A DNA stretch of 64,000 nucleotides, from NCBI GenBank assembly GCA_013239625.1, contig MU054323.1, positions 12,531,694-12,595,693 on the forward strand. Reading direction: 5' to 3'. This document shows, piece after piece, positions 54,496 through 64,000 of the stretch. The translations under genes were made by a program, and so were the position numbers. Under the pieces are notes generated by a model, which ran no database searches, was not told the DNA's origin, and saw only the letters and a program-made list of their open reading frames with translations. Origin of the DNA: Lama guanicoe (Eukaryota). Numbering within the stretch: position 1 is the first letter of the stretch; each line of letters begins with the position of its first letter.

Positions 54496-55795
54496 ATCCA
54501 GATGTTGGTTTCTAAATCCCATTCTCCATTAAAAAGAATCAAGACCGCTTGAAGAAATGCTTCATTCCAGGACTGGGACAAGGGAAGTACAAGATGAGCC
54601 TGGCTCACATTTTCTTGAGCTATGTCAATCATATACTGTTTGAAGGAGCTCTTTCTTGACCAAATCTGTAATAATGTGAACATCGAAATAAAAAAACTGG
54701 AAGCAAGGGAATATAACCTATTGAGTAAAGAACAGGACCACAATGATAGAACCAGATGGACAGAGAGAGAGATAGGAAAAGAAAGTTCATTTTCTCAAAA
54801 TAGAAAGCCATGTAGAAGAAATGAGAAAATTAGCAAATCGTCATTTTGCAACCATCATAGTAACAATAATGGATGTTCAAACTTGTGGGTGAGACTTTGA
54901 GGAATAACAGTATTTATGTAGTCTCAAAGTATCTCTCTGAAAAATACCTACTAACTACAAGGGGTAAATTAATAATTTGACAGTGGAGAAATCTGGCCGA
55001 TCCTACCACCTTAACCAATGTCAAAGATAGCACTAATAATGAGAAAAACCAATATCATATGTCTTTTGAAACACTGACAAGATTTCACTATCACTTCTTT
55101 GGTATTCTTGCCACATTGAGTAGCCTGAATCTAATCATGAGGAACTACCAGACAAATCCAAACTGAAGGACAGTCTACAACATCAGTGGCCTGTACTCGT
55201 CAAAACTATCAATGTCATTCACTGTGAAGAAAGACTGAGAAGCTGTCCTAGTCTAAAGGATGATAAAGAGGCATGAGAATTGAATGCACACATTCATCTT
55301 GGATTTTCTTTTTGATTTAAAGGACATTTTTAGGACAAATGGTGAAATATCAGCATACGTAGGTTAGATAATAGTATCATAATAATGTCAATTTCCTTGA
55401 TTTTAGGGAAAACACTACACTGAGGTGTTTAGAGGTAAAATGGAATTGACATAACTTAAATGGCTTAGTAAAAATTTACACACTGTACACACACACACAC
55501 ACATACAGAGGGAGGAGGGAAAAGCAAATGTAATAAAATGCTAACAACTGGTGAATCTTATCAACTGGTGAAACTTAAAAACAGTAAGTGAAAGATATCC
55601 AGGAGCTCTTTGTACTATTCCTGCAACTTTGCTGTCTGAAATTAAGTCAAATTAAAACTTTTTTATGATATATATGCTTATTGCCTTGATTGTGGTGATG
55701 ATTTCATAGTTGTATGCATATGTGCAAACTTATCAAATTGTATACCTTAAATATGTGCAGCTTTTTGTTTATCAATTATACCTTAATAAAGTAGA
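54496..55795 (+). mobile_element. L1MC-like 3' region fragments
   Basis: CCTGAATCTAATCATGAGGAA...CAGACAAATCCAAACTGAAGGACA...TTTGTACTATTCCTGCAACTTT...TCAATTATACCTTAATAAAG. Confidence 0.65.
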
Positions 55796-56467
55796 AGAAT
55801 ATTTAATTTAAATAAATGTGAAGGAGCTTAGAATGGTGCCTGGCACATAATAAGGAGTATGTGTGTTTGCTGTTACTGTAAGGACGGATTAGAAACTTAT
55901 GTTATGTGAAGATATAAGAAGGTGAGGATAAAGAACATGAAGGTAGGTAACATTTTCCTTAGAATATCACAAGTCCCAGGAGTCTGGGGACTTGTGATAG
56001 TTTACTTTAGAGTTTAATGTAGCCTGGATGTTATTTTCACTTGGAAAGAATCTAAAAGCATATGATCTTAAAGTGGAAAGTGAAAAATAGCTTCTTATTT
56101 GAAAAGAATGGAAAGATTTTGTAGGCAGATCATAAGCACACCATCTGGTTAACTCAAGAGAAATCCTAACAGCTTAGAATTCACATTTGTGTCAGCCATG
56201 TGTGGTTTAAGATAGATCTCCCTAAGCTAAAAATATCAAATCATACTTGTATTGCTATTCATAAGTTGAAAATGCCACTCAACTGCAGTGCTAAAGATTT
56301 CTATTTATCTTATCTAAGAGTTCAGAGTCCATTGTGGTTTATATATTCTCGAGTTCAAATGTTCACCGGTATGCGAGACAAATTCATCGCACAAGAAACA
56401 AGCAAGGTTGGCACAGCAGTAGTATCTCTAAAATTAATTTTAGTTCTTTAAATATAGGATCACACCC

Positions 56468-56648
56468 AATGGTTCTTAACCAGGTACGAAGTCTGGAGAC
56501 AGTTTTGGTTGTCACTACTGGGAGCATGGGAGAGGGGAGGGGATATTACTAGAGATGCTAAATATCCTACAAGATACAGAATGGCCCCTCAACAACTAAG
56601 AATTATGTGGTCCAACATGTCAGTAGCGCTGAAGTTGCAAAATCCTTC
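56468..56648. mobile_element. MER20-like fragment
   Basis: GTCTGGAGACAGTTTTGGTTGTCACTACTGGG...GATGCTAAATATCCTACAAG...AAGAATTATGTGGTCCAA. Confidence 0.68.
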
Positions 56649-59600
56649 ACTAAATGAGGACATTTTCTAAAATTTCACATAGTTATAAAGTGCTTCTAGG
56701 AATGGAATCATGCTTCTAGTCATGTCTTGATACAGAATATTTATCTGCTAGCCTTGTGCCTGGTACATAATATTACTCAATATATATTTGTTTACTCAAT
56801 CTATTCTGTGACCATTCTTATGGTTTTCCCTTCATTTTTATTTGCACTAAAACTGGACCAAGACTTCATTACTACCTGCCTCATAAGTATCCCACCCTTG
56901 TCTCATAATTTAGCAAAGGAGAGATTTTTACACAGATTATAGGAAAGTGGAGAAAAGCCAATATTAATTAGAGATTGAATATGAAAGAAAACCAATTTAT
57001 GTAGCTTCTAGTATAATGAACAAATTTTAAATAAAGACACTTATTAGGAAATCTCATTAAAACAAAAATTTCAAATGCAATTAGAAACATGGATAAGAAT
57101 TCAGCTCTCCAAGGGTTCACACGCTGTGCAAATCTCTAATACTGTTCAGACTACAGCTACTTGTCCTAGTTGTCCTGATAAGCTGTGGGGAGGAAAAATC
57201 TCTCCCTATCTTCCTTTGCTTATTTTGTGCTTGAGCAAAATGATTTATCAGGTCACTTATCACTGCTCCACTCCCCAGGGAGCATAAGCTTGAAGATGCA
57301 CCCCTTGCCCCTGTTAAAATGGAGAAGATATGAACTGCTGAGAGTTCGTCTATACCACTTGGTTTTATTTTTCTCTATGACAGGAATTGTCCACAAAACT
57401 TTCAAAAATCTGTGGCAAAATCTCAGATTGTCTGATTGGCTTGAAAATGATGTGTAATGTGTTATACTCCGTGACTACTTCGTGTCTAGAAATCTCTCAT
57501 GTGAGAAACAAGTGATGATTACTTAGCAAATATAGTGGTTACAGAAGAAAAAGCATTAATATTCTTTAGAAACATACACAATTTCTTATGTATTTGCATT
57601 TATTTGATTATGATGATTTTTAATTGTTTACTGTATTCTTAAATACTGTAGCAATAACAGCAGTTCTCCCCACATTTGATATACTAAGGACAAAAGTTAA
57701 TATATCTATTTTCTATTCAAGTTGGTTCTTTCATTTTTATTTGCTGTTTTAAGAAATTAATGTTTAGTAAAAAAAAAAATTAACCAGTCCAGAGGACACA
57801 TAATGAAATGCCACAGCCCTTACTGCCATTCCTTCTCCATTCATTCCAATACTGCTTCTCTGGGACCACTCATTTTTGTTTTCTAGGTAGTCGTCTTTAT
57901 AACTCTGAATAATATTCCTATGTTAATATTTCTTGATGTGTCAGTTGTAGGCATTTACTCCTACCTTTGAAAGGTAAGGACTTAATTACTTAAGCTACTC
58001 TCCCTTCTCTCCATTTTTAGTAGTTGTATTATCTTTAGTTATTCTACTGGAAGTCTTAAGATCAACTCCTGTTTCTTGTTCATCAACTGATTTTACAATA
58101 GCTCGTCCTCCTTGTATGTAAGATGAAGCCATCATCATACTCCTTTCCTTCTTTCCCCTTCTTCCACCCAACCTCTCAGCTTCACTTTTGCTTTCTGTCC
58201 TTTAACTTTATGACATCAAGGTTAATGACAACTATACTCTGTTCTGTAGCTATAAATAAATATGTACTGTTTTGTCTGTAACTGATTCTAAACTTTGAAG
58301 AGCAGTAAACAACATTTGCTTTGTTATCACTATGAAAATATTACTCAGGGCAGAGGCAGGTGCTATGCCAGAACATTTCCTCCTTCACGAGTCCACTTTT
58401 TGACCCCTCTGCCATCTAAGAGAGAATGTCTCTTTCCTTAAATCCCATCAACTGTCAGAATCAACCCATTTTGTCTTTGCCTCATGTCTGGACTGTCAGT
58501 CAGTCAGTTATTTGTTTGTTTGTTTGTTTGTTTATATTTGGGGTGGGGGTAAAGAATCACCCAATCAGCAAAGACATTACAGGCTTGTATACAGAGATGC
58601 TCTTCGAAATATTTGATAACCAAGAGGGAACAGTCAAAGGGCTAATCAGAATTGAGTCTGACCGTGGCTCTGGAAATCATTCCTGGAGGACCCTTGCTGG
58701 ACAGAGCATTAACTCTGGTGCATACATTGTAGGGAGGGTCCAGGTGGCCCCCAGGTGGGAGGGGAAGTGTGAAGGAGCACTGGGATGTCCAAGATGGTAG
58801 CTATTTCAGTATTTTAACCACCTGTATAGTCATGCTGGTGAGTCCTGTCTCTCTGGGTTGGTCTCTAGCCTGAAGTTCTCGCAGGAATCAGAGATCCAGG
58901 TAGTATTCTAACCATCTATTCAGCAACTCAGCTTCCAAGGTGTTAGGCAAAAATCCAGCTCTTCAGAAATTGAGTCACAAGTGTAGAAACTCAGCTCCAG
59001 AGGGGATTTTATGCCAGATGCTGAGAAACCTGGAACAAAGGTCAGATTAGGATAAGCAGCGAAGTCTTCAGCTATTGCTTTGAGCAGGGTCAAGGTTGGA
59101 ATCACAAAGAAGGATCACTGGGATGGGGGGTAATTAGGATACCTGGATTGGAATGTGAAGGTCCAGGCAGAATGTTTCACTATATTATTATTCTCTGAAA
59201 TCTTACTGATCTACCAACCAGGGTTCAGTGCAGGAAACAGAAACCATTGAAAGTATTTTAAGCCCGAAGGGATTTATAATGCAGATTTATGTGCTCAGAA
59301 AATCTTTGAAAGGGCTGAAGGAGCAGATTCTAGGCTGGGACTCCAGGAATGACTCTTACAACACTACAGAACTGACTCACCAGGGGAAACTGCCTTCTGA
59401 GGGCACTACTTGGAATGATTGACTTCAAGACCACAATACCATGGATACATTCCAGGGTTCAGGAATCCGCTATGGCTCCTGTTGCCACAGTAACTGCATC
59501 TCAACCCCCAGGAAGCTGTATAGAAGGAATACTGAAAGTGCCGCTGTAAAAAATAAACCCATGCATTCGAACGACCTCACCCTGCAGCAGAAAAATTAGC

Positions 59601-60367
59601 CAGAGGAACAGGAAAATAGCATCCACCTTGATGGTGCCTCCCAAATTTCACACGAATGTGTCTAATTTGTGGAAGCTAATTCACATCCAGAGCTGTACCT
59701 GCAAAGGAGGAAGGACTGTAGAATTTAGTGTTCTAGCCTCTCCAGTACAGGAATGTACCCTGGAGGAGGATAGAATGCAGGCTGTGTGAACCAATCCACA
59801 TTATCCACTAAAATGACACACCAACTTTAAGGTGCAAAGAAGTACACTGAGTGGGAACAGGAAGGACCACTCAAGGTGTCAGCTGGATGCCAGGTGCTGT
59901 GTAGAGATGCTGAATTCAAGATCAAACATTTTCCCACGGTGTTTACAATCACTGTGGGCTTGATTTGCTTTTAACACTAGTACCATATTGGTCAATCTTC
60001 TCTCCTTTCAAAAAATTTATTTGACAGTATTACTTTGTGAGTAGGTAATGCATTCATATCGTTCAAAACTTGAAAGGTCCATGAGGAAAAAATCACATCT
60101 TTCATGCATATGCTTCAGAGGTATTTTATATACACAAATATAAGCATATATGTGTATCATATTCTCTCTCCCTTTTTACACAATGATGGTAGTTATGCAC
60201 CTTGCTCTGATCTGTATTTTTTCACTTCCCAGTAGGTCTAGGAGATTATGCTACATCACCACAAAAAAAGCCTCTCCATTCTTATTTATAGATACCTAGT
60301 ATTCCATTGTATTATTTTTAACTACAATTTATTTAGTTCCCTATTTATGTATGCTTTGATTGCTTAC

Positions 60368-60522
60368 ATTTTTTAAAAAAAATTAATTAATTTTTGTTGT
60401 TTTTTGGTGGGGAAGTAACTAGATTTACTAACTTAATTTTTTTAGAGGAGGTACTGGGGATTGAACCCGAGGCCTCCTGCATGCTGAACATGTGCTCTAC
60501 CACTTGAGCTATACCCTCCCCC
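60368..60522 (-). mobile_element. Vic-1-like SINE
   Basis: tRNA-like head at ~60448-60522; TSD TGCTTAC at 60361-60367 and 60523-60529. Confidence 0.85.
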
Positions 60523-61720
60523 TGCTTACTTCTTTTGCTACTACAAATAAAGCTTTGAGAAACAATCCTGTACACATGCCATTTCACAAGTCTGCAGGCA
60601 TATCCATAGGAAATTCCTAAATGTGGAATTGCTCGTATTTTCATTATGAAAAAACATGGATTAGAAATGATAAGGAAGACCTGAGAGCCTTAAGATAGTT
60701 TTGCGGAGGAAGGTAGCCCTAATGTACTTAGATTTGGGTCACCCTATCGTAGATCCTCTATGACTTTCATTAGGACCTTGTGAAAAACAGTTTCACTTGC
60801 CAGCTTGTCCCTTAGGACTCCAATGATCAACTTGTCCTCTAAAATTAAGTAAAATTGATTAAGCAAACTTCCCTTTTATGGGACAGTTCAGCACTATCTA
60901 TCAAAATAAGTAATACATGTACAATTCACCTTGCAGTTCTGCTAGAATCACCATAATATCTAGCTTCTAATGTGTAATAGTAAAAAGGACAAGATACATT
61001 CTTATTTGATTGTAAGTAAGTGTTTAAAAGTTCTAGAATGATATGAAACTAACAACAGTGGTTAACTGTTAGTGGCAGAGGAGGAGAAGCTAGGCAAATG
61101 GAAGACAAAAGGAGGGAGGGAAGGCAGGGTGGGTAAGGGAAAGGGGGAAGGAGAGGGAATGATTTTTTAAATATAGCATAAAATAAACTTTAAGCAAAAT
61201 AGTCCAGAAGCACAATATCCTGGGAAACCCAATATTCCTCCAAAACCTCTGAAGTTCCCATGGTACCCACATATTTCCTAGCTGTCTCTGTCTTTGAGTT
61301 CTTGCTTCTACTGACTTGTCTGGATTTTTTTCCTCTCTGCTGTTTTATCTCCCACACGGTGTTGTCCAGTGTTGTCCCTTTGCTGCCCTGTGTTACAGCT
61401 CTGCTTCATCCTGATATATTCAGTTCCCAAAGCACCACCACAAGGCTACAAGGAGCACATTTACTCAAGGAGCACATGGTACCACATTATAGCCAAAGAA
61501 AGAACCTCAGCTTGGAGGCTGTTCTTAAAAGCCCCTCAGCCACTCTCCCTTCATGATTGCCTCTCCACAGAGAGCCTTGTAGCTGGGTGCTTGTCTCCTC
61601 TTTGACCTTCTCCCCTGTCCTCTAGTGTCACTCTCCAAAGTCCTGTGAACTTCTTAAGCAAAGAAGTTTGGCTCCCAGTCCATTTCAGTGGGCCTCAATC
61701 AACCAAAAGCAGCCGTTAAG

Positions 61721-61722
<2 letters not shown>

Positions 61723-61756
<34 letters not shown>
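61723..61756. repeat. (TG)n microsatellite
   Basis: About 17 perfect GT units. Confidence 0.95.
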
Positions 61757-61759
<3 letters not shown>

Positions 61760-62989
61760 AACTTTTTATTTTGAAATAATTTAGACACACTGATTCTGAA
61801 TACCTATCACCCAGATTTCCCTAATGTCAGCATCTTTCATAACCATAGTACATTTATCAAAACCTAGAAATTAACAGTAATAGTACAATAGTATTAACTA
61901 AATGACCGACGTTATTTGGATTTCATCAGATTTTCCGTTAGTGTCCTTCTCCTGTTCCAGGATCCAATCCCAGGTCCCACATTGAACTTTGTCATCATGT
62001 CCCCTTAAATCTCCTCCAGTCTGTGACAGTTCCTCAGTCTTTCCTTGTCCTCGTGACCATAAAACTTTTGGAGAATATTGAAATTGTGAAGAGTACAGTT
62101 CTTTGTAGGTTGTCTCTTCATTTGAATCTGTCTGATATTTTTCTCTTGATCAGATTGAAGCTATGCATTTTTAGCAGGAAACTTCAAAGTGATGTCCTTA
62201 CCAGGAGGATGTGACATCATGGGGTATGTGATGTTGCTATGTAAAGGAATTTCAGAACTGCTAATAACCTGTATGCCTGTGAGAAACAAGTTCACTAAGG
62301 TACAGTACTTCACGCAGTAATTCTTTTCTTAAACTTACAGTATATAGTCAACATACATGTTTTCAAAGCCACTTAGATTAGTCCTTCTCTGCTTCATTCC
62401 CTTTAATGTGCTTATGTTATTTATTTGTAATAAAGTGAAGTTCATTTGTTGTAATTTATATTCTCTTTTGGGTTTCCTTCAGTCTGGTTGAATTTTTAGA
62501 AAGTTTACATTAAGACATGTTTTTAAGGAAAGTATATTCTCTTCAGTAGAAAGATTCTGTTGGCAACTCTCTTAAAGTAGAGGCCCAGCTAAGTTAAGCC
62601 CAAAAATATAATTTGTTTGTCTACATGGACATTTTTGTGTTTTTTTTAACAATTGTGAATTCCTTGCTAATATTAAGAAATTGGGATATTTCACATAAAA
62701 AGTCCAAATTGACAGTTTTGCTTAAAAGAGTCAGATCTATCTACCCTGAGGCTGCCTTCCCATATGAAAACAATTCCAATACAGTAGGTCTGTTGTGGGA
62801 CAAGGAAGTTCCCCTAGAGGCCTGAAGGGCTCCAGTGATTGAGATCTACTGCTCAGAGAGACAGAGTGAGGGACACGTGGAAAAGCCAGGGTTAGAACAA
62901 GATCCTCTGATCCAAGCCATCCTCTCATTACACCATGTTCCTTTTGAGCATTAATATCAAATTAATAAAATCATACCTTTCAAAGATTT

Positions 62990-63168
62990 ACTGTAGAGCA
63001 CAGGGAACTATATTCAATATCTTATAATAACCTACAATAGAAAAGAATATGAAAAAGAATATACACATTTATACACTTCTGAATCACTGTGCTATACACC
63101 TGAAGCTAACACAGTGTTGTAAATCAACTATAGTTCAATAAATAAATAAATAAGTGAAAATGAAAAAA
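62990..63168 (+). mobile_element. Short L1 3' end
   Basis: AGCACAGGGAACTATATTCAATATCTTATAATAACCTACAAT...AAATCAACTATAGTTCAATAAATAAATAAA, similar to 23580-23720. Confidence 0.82.
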
Positions 63169-64000
63169 ATATATGCCTTTCTGTGGGAAGTTTAGAATAG
63201 TGACTAAAGGGACAGGCTATGAAGTCAGACGGGAGTTCAAAGTTCAAACACTGGCTCCTCCATTTACTACTATATAATCTTCCTTATTCCTTTAACCTCT
63301 CCCTAACTTCCTTAACTTGTTAGGACTTCAGTGGCCTCATCCATAAAACAGGAATAACAACATTTTGCACCTTACAATTGTGGTAAAGTATATCCAAGGT
63401 AATTTTCAAACTGTGTACAGCCCAGTGCTTGTATTGAAAAGTTCACTGCAGCTGCTACTTTACGTATGAGATTGCTCATCAGAAGGACTATTCAGCATCA
63501 TGATCAGTTGAATGAATGAACAGAGGAATGATCTTCTAATTGGTTTTCCTATTTCTGCTTCTGTAGGGTGAGACAAGTGAGGCACTTAAAGGGGTGCCAA
63601 AAACCTCAGTGATCCAGATAAATTGTATTTTAATGAAATACTTTTTAAAACCAAAACAAATACCAAAAAATGGTGGGAAAGCATTAAAATTTAAAGACAG
63701 GATCTACACTAGCACAATCCCATTGTACTTTTCCTAATCTAATCTCCGCCCTGAGAACTTGATTTTCAAAAACAGGGAACTGGACTGTAGGCCGTAGTTT
63801 GTAGATTTGATTTTTAAAATACTGCTTTAAAATATGGTTTATCTGGATCACTGAGTGTTTTGGCAGCTCTTTAAATTTTGCACCCAAGGTGAGTGCTGCT
63901 CCCTAGTTGAGCCCTGCTTGTTGCCTTTAGATTTACTCTTTGCATAGCAGAGTGGTCTCTTTAAAGGTAAATCAGATCCTGTCACTGCATTGTTAAATGG

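Noticed and set aside
58426..59105. 124-aa and 61-aa ORFs in the downstream intergenic region
   Set aside because: No recognisable homology or exon structure; the first spans a (TTTG)n repeat.
61110..61160. Potential G-quadruplex (GGGAGGG...GGGTGGGTAAGGG)
   Set aside because: Purine-rich low-complexity tract with no promoter or exon context.
44300..64000. Additional protein-coding gene downstream of YIPF4 (e.g. the start of the syntenic neighbour BIRC6)
   Set aside because: No CpG island or recognisable exon; the region is dominated by old repeats.

Overview
Mammalian nuclear DNA, most likely from a camelid. That is an inference from the tRNA-derived Vic-1-like SINEs and the style of the mitochondrial insert. 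Two head-to-head genes are present. NLRC4 is on the minus strand: two candidate alternative first exons, a 5'UTR exon that donates only the A of the ATG, the CARD exon and the start of the NACHT exon, which runs off the left edge. YIPF4 is on the plus strand and complete: 6 coding exons, 735 nt, 244 aa, with a CpG-island/CCAAT promoter. The rest is intron or intergenic DNA rich in L1, L2, MIR, MaLR/ERV LTRs and hAT/Tc-mariner fossils. Four observations stand out. (1) The last YIPF4 intron ends in TG instead of AG, with no nearby AG that preserves the protein. (2) A ~765-bp mitochondrial control-region plus partial tRNA-Phe NUMT is nested in older elements in an NLRC4 intron. (3) An inverted SINE pair lies between the CARD and NACHT exons. 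(4) There are atypical retrotransposition products, including a tailless L1 5'-head-like insert with a 12-bp TSD and a SINE/L1 chimera. I found no new multi-gene system. Repeat family names come from remembered consensus sequences and need RepeatMasker/Dfam confirmation; repeat boundaries are approximate unless a TSD is given.
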